The notes below the pieces were generated by a model. That model made no database searches. It was not told the origin of the DNA and was given only the letters and a program-made list of their open reading frames with translations. A DNA stretch of 63,121 bases, the filler included, from Squatina squatina (lineage: Eukaryota), in assembly GCA_031763465.1 (NCBI GenBank). It is 4 parts of 3 records of this genome, joined end to end, with 100 filler letters (N's around TTAATTAATTAA, not from the genome) between each part and the next. Parts side by side here need not be neighbours in the genome. Positions count along the whole stretch, not along the records: positions 1 to 17,430 come from JARFOE010000192.1; positions 17,531 to 33,363 come from JARFOE010000192.1; 2 more parts are not named here. One strand, 5' to 3'. Below, piece by piece: positions 12,367 through 24,944 of the stretch (position 1 is the first letter of the stretch; each line of letters starts with the position of its first letter). A program made the position numbers and the translations under genes.

Positions 12367-12492
12367 GTATCTAAGTGTGCAGAGGAACTGAAGGATTACA
12401 TTGAATCACTGTCTGCAGAAGATCCTTTGGTAAAGGGAATCCCTGAGGACAAGAATCCCTTCAAGGAGAAGGGTGGCTGTGTGATTACATAA
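12367..12492 (+). CDS. GNGT1: G-protein gamma subunit coding exon 2: VSKCAEELKDYIESLSAEDPLVKGIPEDKNPFKEKGGCVIT*
   Basis: Acceptor tttcag| at 12361-12366 joins exon 1 in frame across a gap-free 1062-nt GT-AG intron. Contains the GGL-domain motif DPLVKGIPEDKNPFKE and C-terminal CaaX box CVIT; TAA at 12490-12492. Not shown in the supplied ORF track. Confidence 0.93.
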   Translation, partial: VSKCAEELKDYIESLSAEDPLVKGIPEDKNPFKEKGGCVIT

Positions 12493-12954
12493 ACCACACT
12501 CACATAGCCTCAGGATATCAGGGTATTTTCTACANNNNNNNNNNNNNNNNNNNNNNNNNNNNNNNNNNNNNNNNNNNNNNNNNNNNNNNNNNNNNNNNNN
12601 NNNNNNNNNNNNNNNNNNNNNNNNNNNNNNNNNNATACAAACATAAATTTAGGATATTTCCCAAGGGCATCTAATTTTTTGGAACATTGCACGAATAGTA
12701 AGTTCTACCAGGTACTGAACAACCGAAAACAATTTTTTCTTGATGGATCAAGAACCTAGATTCTGTGAAAAACATCAATTAAAAATGCTCCATTTCATTT
12801 TAGCTGGTTAATGCAAAGCTTACCCCCAACTCCCCCAATTATTGTTGGGTGTAGTCAAGTTCAAATAATGCACAGTATCATAAAGTATTATAATGACTAA
12901 CGAAACATCTGATTGTGATCTATTTGAAATCTAGGCTAGTGTGTTTTAAATTCA

Positions 12955-12960
12955 AATAAA
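12955..12960 (+). promoter_or_regulatory. Candidate polyadenylation signal of the G-gamma gene
   Basis: AATAAA followed by T/GT-rich sequence ~460 nt after the stop codon, but a 100-N gap lies in between. Confidence 0.3.
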
Positions 12961-13782
12961 ACATAACATTTTGTATTGTCTAATCACCTTACTTTATTAG
13001 AATATATTAGTGGCATGTTACTTAGTATGATTGGATTAAAAGTGGAGTTGAGTCGATTGTGTTTAAAATATTTAGTTTTTGGTAGTGTAAAATTTTGTTT
13101 CGGATATAGCAGAAGAAATTCTAATGAAAAATGTAGTTTGACTCATCAGCTAATGACATGAATGTACTGCAAGACAGCCTATGAATCAGTGAGCTACAGT
13201 ATTAGCATAACTTTAAGATGGCAAGGAAATATGTTGAAATGATAAATTAGGCAACTTAGACATCTGTCTGTGAGCTGTCAGCCGAAGGAGCATTTATATC
13301 AGATAATTATTCCTGGAATCTGATAATGAACATCCTTCAACATTTATTCATAGCTTGGAAACACATGCTGTGACTGGCTTAGTTACTGGTGAGTTGATGC
13401 AAGTGTTTCGTAGATACTATTGTCCACATAAGTCTTATTCTGATCTTGCTCATAAATGTTAGGCAATTGGGAGAAATTCAGGAGCACCCCGTTTAGAATC
13501 ATAGAATGGTTACTGCACAGAAGAAGGTCATTCGGCCCATCGAGCCTGTGCTGACTCTCAGCTAGTCCCATTCCCCTGCTCTTTTCCCCATAGCCCTACA
13601 ATTTTTTTCCTTCAGATACTTACCCAACTCCCTTTTGAAAGATCAAATTGAGTCTGCCTCCACCGCCCTTTCAGGCAGTGAANNNNNNNNNNNNNNNNNN
13701 NNNNNNNNNNNNNNNNNNNNNNNNNNNNNNNNNNNNNNNNNNNNNNNNNNNNNNNNNNNNNNNNNNNNNNNNNNNNNNNNNN

Positions 13783-14533
13783 AGCACAGAGCTCCTTAGG
13801 ATACCATGGAGTCTTTCATTTCCAGTCTGCAGACGATGGTGGACTCCCAGAGAGACCCAGACCTGTGGGGATCCAGACCTCATGACGTGTGCCATGAGTG
13901 ATATAGCAGCTTCCATTGCAGCACAGGCAGAAGCAATGCAATTTCTTAGTGCTGCAACGCAGACAATGGTTGCTGGCATTGAATCTCAGACTGCTCCCAT
14001 GCAGCCTCAGCTGGATGCCACGCACGCTCTGACTGCTGCCTGGGTTGCTGGTTCCACCACTGTGAGATCCCCGGTGGACTATGGTGGAGCACAGATTGGT
14101 AGCCTGCAGCGACACCGTGAGAATCCCGGTCGATTGAAGTGGACCCAGCGGCGATGGCAGCAGTCAGATTGGTGGGGATGCTGCCCCAGGGGAGTGGCAG
14201 TGAGTCAATGGAATAGGAATCTGCTGTCCTCTCTCAGGACGACAGCATTCCTGATCCCACCACTGCCGCTCCGCCATTGCACTTGTCACTGCCTGTCATC
14301 CAGCCAGCCCACACAGCCACCGCCCAGCCTAAGGTGGTGCAGTCTACAGCCGGACCTTTCAGGTCCAGAGGTAGTCGAGGACATCCTGCAAGGTGATCTA
14401 TAGTCTATGGCCCTGACACTCAGCAGCTATCCACCAGCCCTGCTGGAGCCACTGAAGAGACACTACATAGGAGCAGTAGAAAAGGAAAAGGCAGTGTTAA
14501 GAGGGGAAGTAGGGTTTGCACAAGGAAGATTAG
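13783..14533 (+). pseudogene. 3' part of the Harbinger accessory (Myb/SANT partner) ORF
   Basis: Ala/Gln-rich helical segment (IAASIAAQAEAMQFLSAATQ), then a Ser/Pro-rich region and basic end (RSSRKGK), tail-to-tail with the transposase. The Myb domain itself is not visible, so identity is inferred from position. Confidence 0.55.
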
Positions 14534-14697
14534 TAAATTTTGTTGTTGTATATATGTAGTTAATGTTTTCGGGTAAATTGTTATTGGAATGTTGCACTTT
14601 TGGTAGTATCTCTCATTTCAGCTTTGGGGTGTGGTGTGGAATGAGAAATGGATGGAAAGGTGGGGATGTGCTGAGCAACCGGGATGTTCCCTGTAAT

Positions 14698-15810
14698 TCA
14701 TTGGAACCGAAGTCTGATGAGGTGGTCACGGACCGCCCCTCCAGAAGGCTTTCTCCTCCATCGCTGCTGTTCCTGCTCCTGTTCCTCCTCGTCGTCATCC
14801 TCGTCCTCCTCCTCCTCCTTGTGAGGTAGTGGAGCTATGCCAGGTGGCAATGGCTGCGCCCTCATGATGGCCAGGTTGTGCAGCAGACATCGAAATGGGA
14901 CACCCGCTTAGCCAAATACTGGAGGACTCCTCCCGAGTGGTCAAGGCAGTGGAACGGTTGCTTGAGCACTGCTTAGTGATGCTCCTGGTGGCAGCATGGC
15001 TCTCATTATATGAGTGCTGGGCAGGAGTGTTGCGGTTGTGGAGAGGAGTCATGGGCCAGGTGGAGAGCAGATAGCCCTTGTCTCCGAGCAGCCAGCTGCA
15101 AGATTGATGTGGTGGCTGGAAGAGAGCTGGCACACCAGGCTGGCGCAGGATGAATGCATTGTGGCTGCTGCCAGGATAGCGGGCACTGACATTGAGGATT
15201 CAGCCTGTGTGGTCACACATCAACTGCACATTAAGTGAGTGGTTACGGATTATCTCAGGATTGTTATACGGTGCCCGCAAAGCAACATGGGCGCAGTCAA
15301 TGGCACCCTGCTCCATGGGGAAGCCCGCTATCCTGGCAAAGCCACATGCACGCTCGTGCTGCTTCTGTCTGGTGATGGGGAAGGAAATGTAGTCCCTTCT
15401 CCTTCTGTAGAGAGTATCTGTGACCTCGCGGATGCGGCAATGCATGCAAACTCGAGATGTTGGAGATGTCTCCTGTTGCACACTGGAAGGATCCGCTGGT
15501 GTAGAAACTGAGCACGATAGTGACTTTGACGGCCACCGAGAGAGCCATCCTCACCTTGGTCCGAGGCTCAAGGTCTGGTTGCAGGAGGTGGTACAGCTCT
15601 GTGACAACATCCTTGCTGATGCGCAGCCTTTTAAGACACTTCCTCAGTGAAACTGATGTAAAAGTGCTCCCGGAATACCCTGGGAGGGTAAGATCTCCTG
15701 TTGAGAGCCCTGTTGGCCCTCCTACCTCTGACCACGTTTTGCTGTCTTTCTCTGTGCCTCAGTTGCCTCTGACGCTGGAGCACGAGGTCTAGTTCCAGCA
15801 CAGCCCCCAT
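14698..15810 (-). pseudogene. HARBI1-like DDE transposase, frameshifted
   Basis: Pieces across frames read MGAVL...YPPRVFREH / LSFYTSGSFQ...GD / GFARIAGFP..QGAIDCAHVAL / HSLNVQLMCD / RYPGSSHNAFIL / WLLGDKGY / YNESHAATR / CLDHSGG.LQY, then an acidic tail and ...LIRLRFQ*. Several frameshifts and an internal stop. Confidence 0.92.
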
Positions 15811-16977
15811 GAAACGATATAAATGTTGGAGTTTCAAATCTGCCCTCAATGAATGTCACAAATCTTTGAGCCAGAATACCCCTTCAACAGCAAATCGCTC
15901 AATAGGCTTGTCTGCCTATGTGAAACTAAGAAGGAACCATTATTGGCCTACTAAAAGTAAACCGGATGCTGGCGCCCTGACCCAGCGATCTTCCCGCCGA
16001 TATCCGACTGAAACCCGACTGCTGAAGCTGTCATTGTCAGCGCCAGGCGCACAACCAGGGGGCGAGGGCCAATTTTTGTTCTGGGCCTCTACGTCAGCAT
16101 CGCCTGGCACAGCACAGCAGGGCACAACATCTTACCGCTGCCGGAAAACTCAAGCTGAATTTAGCAGGAGATGCTGTTCTCGCCACGCCTGGTCGCCAAC
16201 TCATTTGCACCTCGTTAGCAAACACAGGAGGCGCAAAGTAGCCCAATTTCTCCCCCTAAGTGTTGTCTACCAAGGCCCAATATTATAAACTAATTAAAGA
16301 GGTTGTAGATTGGACAAGGAATAAACCGAATACTTGTTAGACTGAAAAAGCCAATTATCAATTGTAGCAGTTTAAGGTGGAGCCGCTGTTCCAGGCAAGG
16401 CTGCAATTTTAAATTATTCTAGACTGGCTTCCCCAAAAACCTTCTAAAGCCATATTTGCTTACAGCCCTCTTCTTTGTTTTGCAGATGCCATCCCTGTGT
16501 CTTCTCAAGGTGTTTAATTTGTTGCAATCCTTTAAATGTTGCTTTGCACCTTGACCTTCTCCCTCTTTTGCCCTTCTGAAATTTTATGGGGCTGCTTAAT
16601 GTAAATGTCCTATTGCTGGGACGACTCTTGTCTATTTCTTACCTAATGATATTCAAATAAGCTAACCCCAGAATTTCAGGCAAGATCAGCATCTAACTGC
16701 AACGACAGTTGCAGGCTGCAGGTCCTGCCCTGCTACACTTTTGCCAGCAGAGCGGGAGGATAAAAATTTCAGAGCTGAACAACAAACGTGTCTGAAAGAG
16801 ATAGAGCAAGGTGCTCAACATTTTACTGAAGATTTATTCTTGCTAAATACCGTGAAACAGGGTAAAAACCAATCTAAAGTCACAATTCTCGTTTCTTGCA
16901 AAAAAAAAACCANNNNNNNNNNCTAAGGGTAAGAAAATAGTAACAATATTCAAAATTTGGTGTAATTTCTTTCCCAG

Positions 16978-17084
16978 ATTTGGCTCAGATGAACTGAAAC
17001 GTCAATTCCTCGTACCTACCATTGCTGGAGACATGGTAGCCTGTTTGGGAATCAGTGAAGTTGGAGCTGGATCTGATGTTGCAA
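16978..17084 (+). CDS. Internal exon of an acyl-CoA dehydrogenase (FGSDELKRQFLVPTIAGDMVACLGISEVGAGSDVA); resembles the 'acyl-CoA dehydrogenase 6'-like subfamily
   Basis: Acceptor tttctttcccag| and donor gcaa|gtacat bound a 107-nt open exon. It carries the ACAD signatures G(S/T)xExK..L and CLG.SE..AGSDVA. Confidence 0.88.
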
Positions 17085-17430
17085 GTACATAAGATATATT
17101 AATAAACTAAATATGAAACAAAGGTCGGTAAAGATACTTCAATAAATTTATTGAAGGTATTAGAATATGGGCAAAATTTGATATTTTGAAATGTAATACT
17201 AGTGAATGGTATTTGAAACTCTACCAAACACATCAATTTCCAAATGTGATATTTAATGTCGGACTTTATAGCATGTAGGGAATCAGACCATACTGTATCA
17301 CAAACACTCTTACTTGTCTGGGTAATGTTGAGTTCCCAGAACCAGTGATTGGTTTATTTGTCAATGGCAAGCTCTTACTCACTTTGATGCAGTTTTCCCA
17401 ATAGTGATTGCACTGGTTGTGTTTAATTTG

Positions 17431-17530
17431 NNNNNNNNNNNNNNNNNNNNNNNNNNNNNNNNNNNNNNNNNNNNTTAATTAATTAANNNNNNNNNNNNNN
17501 NNNNNNNNNNNNNNNNNNNNNNNNNNNNNN
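17431..17530. other. Artificial scaffold linker N44-TTAATTAATTAA-N44
   Basis: Exact 100-nt symmetric structure, present three times in the window. Confidence 0.97.
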
Positions 17531-20500
17531 GCCATACACTAATCCGATATATCCAGGTGACACTTGAGAATTGCTCGTAGGGACCTATTTTTGAATCAAA
17601 GAATGTAAGATAAGATGAAACTGAAATGTTACACTTTTTCAAACAGGTGATCAAACATGAGCAACAGTTGAGACGTAGGAGCCATTTTGGTCAAAGCGTG
17701 GTTAGCTGCATTCCGTTCTCAAAAACCAAGCAAACTACAGATGTAGAAAGCTATGTAGAAAGCTGCTTATGTGACTAAGCAGTGAGTGTGCAGTGCATCA
17801 TCTTCATTCCAACCATGACCTTTTTTTTCACTTCACTCAAGTCAAATATTTTGAACAAGAAGCAGATGGTATCTGACCCATCTGCAATGCAGCTTGTGAA
17901 AGGTGGATTTAATATACAATAGAGCTTAATTTGGAAACTGATCCAGGAAAAGGGCAAACTGTTCTGTAGCTAAAGGTTACTGGTGATTGCAAGAGAATCC
18001 CAGGCTAACATTGGCATTACTGCTTCTATAAAAGAGCCTATGAAATATGAATCAGGGGTATAATGTTCAATCTTATGAAATAAATGACTGATGCCCTATT
18101 TCATGGCAGGGATGGTGACAAGTTAAACAAAGAAATTTTCATTCAAGTGTACAATTTTACAGTCCAGACACACAGGGACATTTAAGCAACAGATTAATGG
18201 TTCTAATATCATCCTATGGCAAATCATAATCTGTCATTTGTTCATCTAACTGGATCATTTTAATACCTCACAATNNNNNNNNNNNNNNNNNNNNNNNNNN
18301 NNNNNNNNNNNNNNNNNNNNNNNNNNNNNNNNNNNNNNNNNNNNNNNNNNNNNNNNNNNNNNNNNNNNNNNNNNAACTAAAGATCTAAAAATATTTTTAG
18401 ATTGCAGTAGCTGGGTGTGAAGGACTATGCACAAATGAAAAAGATATTCTGCTCGGCAACGTGCTTTCTCCCTGCCTTTCAATTTTGTGCAAGAATGTGT
18501 TACTCATTTATTTCCCAGCTCTTACTTTGAACATCAATGAATGCACAGTGTTGTTTCATGTTTCACACATGGAGCTTCAGATTGTTTATTGGCCTAACAG
18601 GATGCAGCTGAGCTGTTGAGTGTGGGGCAAATGCAATCTTATCAGAAATCAATAACAAGAGAGGCAATTAACTGTGCTGTATCAGTGCTTTTTCTGAGGA
18701 ATTTGCTACATCTGAAGAAAAAAAGACGGTTGACCGAAGATCATAAGAATGTGTGCATTGACGCAAGACAGTGGTGTTATGCTTCTCTGTGTTATGCTAT
18801 ACCTAGACAGCTGGCAGAAGACAGTATGCAGCTGGGGCCTGAAATCCATATGACTCTGCAGCACAACGTAGCGCCCCACTGGCGTCCGCCAGTCAGATCA
18901 CCCTGAACTCNNNNNNNNNNNNNNNNNNNNNNNNNNNNNNNNNNNNNNNNNNNNNNNNNNNNNNNNNNNNNNNNNNNNNNNNNNNNNNNNNNNNNNNNNN
19001 NNNNNNNNNNAAACCTAACCGACACAGGCTTTGTCCTAACTTCTGGTTCCTCTGGCAAGCCTGTACCAGAACGCCATCTCATGAAGGAACAGAATTTCTG
19101 CCTTCTGGTTCTTAACAGAGCTTACATCCTAGTTATCTGACCCTTAACATTTCTTCATAACTTACATTCTATGTCCCTCATAACTTACATTCCTAACTCC
19201 AAGTCTTACTTACAAGTGATTAATTTATGAGGGGATGGTCAAGGTCTTCCTTATGAGTAATCTAGAAGTGGGTCTTCTCAGTTACCGAGCGAGTGTTTTG
19301 TAAATCTGATATTCAAAGCAATCTCAGTGTTTACAGTCCCTACAATTCAGAGAACAGTGTGAATAATATAAATACAAGCATTGTTTTCAATACCAACAGT
19401 CATACAATCTACACTGCAGTCTGAAAGACATAATTCTGTTTTTATCACAATTTTTAAGTATGTTAATCAGTCACAAGGTGTAACATTTCCACTAGCATTG
19501 TGACCAAGATAATTAAAAAGGACTTTACCAGCATAATTGTTTAACTTGAATTCCATCCAGCGGGATTTAGAATATGACGTTCCAAAGGACTGTGGGAGAT
19601 GGTGACGAGGAAGCTGGGGATAGTAGATCCTGAAATGACAATATTTCATTTTTATCTGCACAGTAAACAAAATCATTGCGGTTAAAAGCCGCATGAGTGG
19701 TATATGATGTGTANNNNNNNNNNNNNNNNNNNNNNNNNNNNNNNNNNNNNNNNNNNNNNNNNNNNNNNNNNNNNNNNNNNNNNNNNNNNNNNNNNNNNNN
19801 NNNNNNNNNNNNNCATGAAAGGTGTTATATAACTGCAAGTTATTTCTTTGTTCTTTTTGTGTATATTACCGTGGCCTACAGTGTATTCTGCCGAAATCAC
19901 TTCTTTATGTAGAGTCTTGGCTCCCCTAGAGGCAGCAGCAGCACCATTTCATTTACCTTACGGCACTGCTCTAGATTTTGAGGGCTGTCAGCAACACTGC
20001 AAAGTAAGGGCCAATTAGAAGCCTAGGCGTGAAATGAGAGAGAGTAGGGTTAGCCGTGCAAAAGGTGCAGCCATCCAGGTTGACAGGAACTGTTGCCTTC
20101 CTGTTGTCAGAAACACTCTTCTACATTGCCTGGAAAACACAACAAGGAGAGACATATGTAATTACCTACTTTGTAAAATCTGTCACGAATCTACTGAGGC
20201 AGACTAAAGAACATGATTAGAGTCATAGATCATACAGCACTATAAAGTCCAGAGCATCCATAAATATAAAAGTAACAAAAACAACCTGGTGTGTAATATG
20301 CTTGACCAGGAAAGCACCCTACGTTGGCCAGGTTGATCCCAGAAAGATTCTCAGGCCACATTATAGCAAATTAAAAAGTACATTATTTGTATGAATTGCT
20401 TCGTCTTCATGTGGGGAACAACTTTGCGTTGCTGATACAATGGAGTATTTAGAGACAAACACAGGGTTCTGAGGGGTTGTGTGGAATTGATTGGTCATTG

Positions 20501-21789
20501 TGCTGGGTTGAAAAGGAAGTGAATTCGTCTGAATCATCACATAATCAAACATCTAACAAACAGCGATCCCTGTGTACTTCCTGTTTTCTCTCAGTTCTTG
20601 CTTGTTCCAGTGTTTTCAGACAAAGCCTGGAACCAGACAATGATGTAGGCTCACCTGTATTAACAGGAAATGGGAGTGCTGACCACAACCCTGAGTCTCA
20701 TTTCTATTTTTGGTGGAGTGGAGCGGAATCCACGATGTCGTTGAAGAGGCAGTTCCACGTAGGTCTGATTGCAGGTTGTATCCGAAGAGCAGTTTTTTTT
20801 TCATTTTCTTCTTTCTTCCATTGCTGCTGTGATTCTTGCTNNNNNNNNNNNNNNNNNNNNNNNNNNNNNNNNNNNNNNNNNNNNNNNNNNNNNNNNNNNN
20901 NNNNNNNNNNNNNNNNNNNNNNNNNNNNNNNNNNNNNNNNACCCAATTTTCAAGCAGCACCCCCAACTCAATAATGCACTTATGTCACTTCATTTGGACT
21001 ACGGAGCATGTTTTCACACTGAACAAGAACAGCTGTTACCGTCATTACCTTTTCACACCTCCATTCATCTTGTGTTCCATGGCAGAACATTCGGAAAGCC
21101 ATCTGTTCACACCTCCAATTCAGTTTTATTTTTAATAGATTTATGTATTCTGGATTCTTTCCCTTTTGAAACACTCCGTGCAGCCATTTAACACCGAGAC
21201 TTCAGTGAGCGTAGTTTAGTACCACAATGTTTAAATACAGACCTTTAGCAAAATTTCCATTTCATGAAATAAAACTTCTGTTAAACAAAGTGATCTTGTG
21301 TGTTTTTGGAAACCTGCGGCCTTTAAAATATCCTTCTCTAGTTAGCGCAGTCCTATTATACTGCTCATGGATGAACACACCTCATCAAGGACAAGATCAG
21401 GCTTGACTGTAATTCCCCCACCCGCCTCCTCCCTCTCCCTCCAGGTTAAATTGGCTGCCAAAACTCAGTNNNNNNNNNNNNNNNNNNNNNNNNNNNNNNN
21501 NNNNNNNNNNNNNNNNNNNNNNNNNNNNNNNNNNNNNNNNNNNNNNNNNNNNNNNNNNNNNNNNNNNNNCCTTCTGTGCCGTAATAACACTATGACTCAT
21601 CTATTTCCTGAGCAATTGTCTCCGACTCCGACTTATTGCACGTAGATTCCAACTGAAATCCATGCTCCATGTTTCGGATCCACCCCTGATTACCTCCCCG
21701 GACCATGACCCCACCACCGAACATCAAGCCATCGTTTCCCCACTTCCAATCTGACCTTGGCCTCCTACACAATCTAATGACTCCGTGAC

Positions 21790-22108
21790 TCTATTTAAAC
21801 CAAGGAGCCCTGTCTCTTATTAAAGTGGGTGTAAAAGATTCCACGGCTCTATTTAAAAAAGAGTAGGCCCTTCTCCTCCTGGTCTACCGGCTAACATTCC
21901 CCCTGCAACTTACATCACCCCAAAAAAAAGATTTATTACTATTTATCTCACTTTCTGTTTGGAAGACATTTTTGCACGTAAGTTGGCTGCTACATTTACG
22001 TGCAAAACAACAACGACTGCACTTCAAACAAAATTCATTGGGTGTGAAATGCTTTTAGATGTCTTGTGGACGTGATTAGATGCTGCATAAATGCAAGTTC
22101 TTTCTTTT
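21790..22108 (+). mobile_element. Older, 5'-truncated Deu-domain SINE
   Basis: gtaaaagattccacggctctattt...gagtagg core and ataaatgcaagttctttc tail. Further fragments at ~22700-22885, 33326-33363, 34310-34400, 44690-44835, 46670-46730, 46957-47030. Confidence 0.7.
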
Positions 22109-23399
22109 ATCAAAGATATCATTTCAACAGTGCTGATATGTCATTTTCATAATTTCCATTCATTTGGATATGTTACTACCAGAATGCACTCACTAAAGAG
22201 TCAAAAGCTCATAAAATCTAGTTAATATAATGCCCCAGTTTCTAAATTGAAGCCGCTGAATCCTTTGTTGCTTTTTCTTTGATATTGAAGCAGCAGAAAT
22301 AAAATCTCAGGCACTACATGGGACCAATTCCAGACACTAGACAGGGAATGGCTCATTCGACAATGTGGTATCCAGCCACAGCTTAATCACTTCGTGCTCC
22401 AATCTGATAGAGCTGCAACCACATCTAGATGAAAATCAAAGAGGAGAAACAGTAGCAATTAGAGAAGTGGTGAGAGAACGTTGCTATCCAGTTTACTGAT
22501 CTGCTTTTATCTGAAAGAATGAAATAGAATAGCAAGCCAGCTCGATCTGAGGCACTATTCTAATGAATCAACTTTTCNNNNNNNNNNNNNNNNNNNNNNN
22601 NNNNNNNNNNNNNNNNNNNNNNNNNNNNNNNNNNNNNNNNNNNNNNNNNNNNNNNNNNNNNNNNNNNNNNNNNNNNNCAACATGCATCCCCCAGCTGGAA
22701 CAGATTAGCTAGCCATTCATCTTATTGCTGTTCATGGGACCTTGCTGTGTGTAAATTTGCTGGTTCTTTGCCTATATGACAACTTTGACTGCATTTCAAA
22801 AGTACTCCATTGGCTATGAAGCACTTTAGGATGTACTGAGGACATGAAAGGCATGAGGATATGAATGCAAACTCTTTTTTTCTTTCATCATAATAAAAGA
22901 GAATGATCCAAATTTGAGCCATAATATCTAGCCATCGCTATCCAATTCCCAGTCTCTGTTAGATTTGACATTGTTTTCTCATCAAAGAGGAGAAATGGAA
23001 AATGAATCAAACAAAAGAACTGGTGAAAGTTTATAGCCATTTAAATACTACTGGAAGCACACCAATGTCAAGATGAAAAAGTGCTAGAATATAGCAACAT
23101 TTTGTACCTCACTGTCAAAAACATTTTCATTGATTGGTTGGGGTTGTTGGAGTAATATAGTCTAATTTTGAAGATATTATAACTGTATTTAAATGTTGAT
23201 TCTAGGACAGGTAGTTATGTATGGGTTGTATTTCCCAAATCTATCTCTTAAGGCAAAAGCTCGATGACTGTTGAATCGACATTATCCAATATGGCAATAC
23301 TTTGGATCAGAGTCCATGCATTCCTTTGCGTTACTAACGTTCTGGCAGCCTTTCCGACTCCAGTCATGGTCCTCGCTGAACAGATACTTCTGTTTCAAA

Positions 23400-23816
23400 A
23401 AAAAAGGAAGAACTTGCATTTGTACAGCACCTTTCATAATCTCAGGCTGTTTCAAGTCAATTAAGCACTTTTGAAATATAATCACCGTTGTAATGCAGGG
23501 AAACATGGCAGCACATAAGGTCCCGCAAACAGCAATGAAATAATGACCACATAATCGATGCTAGTGATGTTGGTTGAGAGATAAATGTTGTCCAAGACAT
23601 CAGGGAGATCACCCCTTCTTCTTTGAAATAGCACTATGGTATATTTTACATTCTCCTGAGAGGACAGACGGGGCCTTGTTTTCATGTCTTTTCCAAGAGA
23701 TGGCACCTCTGACAGTGCAGCAGTCCCTCAATACAGCACGGAAGTGTCAGCCTGGATTCTGTGCCTGGAACCCACAACTTTCTGGCTCAGAAGTGAGAGT
23801 GCTGCCATAGCTGATA
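23400..23816 (-). mobile_element. Deu-domain SINE
   Basis: Collinear with the other copies; head partly deleted. Confidence 0.8.
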
Positions 23817-24944
23817 CCTGATGGGAGATTAGTTTGCAATATGATGCAGCGCCTTTGAAGAAATACATTGAGCTGCAATCCTCCATTCATTATGTCTGAA
23901 TGAACCAAAGAAGAAAGGTATCTATTGTGCTATAATTCTGGTAAAAATGAGGTCACATCCTTTGTTTACATGGATAAAATATATCAAGACTACTTTGAAG
24001 TAAACAAATCTTTGTGGCACATCAAACCTGTTATGACCCACTTCAAATTGATGAGAAGCCAACTGATAGAAGTGGGTACTGGCGCATATTAGCATGTGCA
24101 GACAGTTTACTTGATGTCTGTAGTGGATCAAATTGTTTACATTTGTTTCATGTGGTTAAAGGCTAATCAGCATGAGATGCATGTCAACATAACCTGTGTC
24201 CTTTGAGTTGAACTCATTGACATTTTCAAGATTAGGACGAGGATTGAAAAACATTGATCCAGGCAAATACTTTGCTATGATGGGAAGACTGGAATACCAG
24301 TTAAGATAAAGAAATTAGAACAAGAAGGCAAGTCAAGCAGAATATTTTCACCAACAGGGGCAAGAGACTTGAGAAGTAAGTAACCAAGGAAAGCCATTGA
24401 AGCACGCAGTTTAAATGGGTTCGGGAGGAATCTACATACATTTCTGAAGGACAATGGGATGGTGAATAGTCCAGCAGGTCGGGTCGTCTATCATAAAAGA
24501 CGCAGAATATTTGGGGCCGAATGGCCTTTCCAATCCTAAACATTCTGAACTTAGAAAAGGGTTAATAATAGCAGTTTGGAATAGTCAGTTTTAGCTGACA
24601 CAGTGTGATGCTGAAAATCTTCCCGTACAGCTTTGTCTTTAACCGGCATTTCCATCAACTTCAATGCGGGCATGCAATCAGTAACAGCTGTACTCAGTTT
24701 CTCATCACAGAACCAGAAGTACAAATGGGAAGTACATGGGCAGCTATCCAGCATAAAGTCGAGTGGGTGTAACTGGGAAAGAGAGCAAGGGGTCATGTTT
24801 TAGGAATTTTTTTTTAATGNNNNNNNNNNNNNNNNNNNNNNNNNNNNNNNNNNNNNNNNNNNNNNNNNNNNNNNNNNNNNNNNNNNNNNNNNNNNNNNNN
24901 NNNNNNNNNNNNNNNNNNNTGGATTGGTAGATTTTTCTTTGTTA

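Larger units (their letters stand above)
13783..16256. mobile_element. PIF/Harbinger DNA transposon, near-complete but degenerate; left part lost in a gap
   Basis: Transposase pseudogene on the minus strand converges on a partner ORF on the plus strand. Terminus ...gcccaatttctccccc at 16256 is followed by TAA, the Harbinger-type target site. Confidence 0.88.

Noticed and set aside
14698-15810. Host HARBI1 gene
   Set aside because: Frameshifts, a stop, a lost catalytic residue, a TIR/TAA end and related fragments elsewhere in the window indicate a transposon copy.
17475-17486. Regularly spaced TTAATTAATTAA as a biological repeat or CRISPR-like array
   Set aside because: Always centred in N44 flanks, so an assembly linker.
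20560-21190. Overlapping ORFs that look exon-like
   Set aside because: No recognisable motif in the frames I read, stops in alternative frames, and a gap in the middle.
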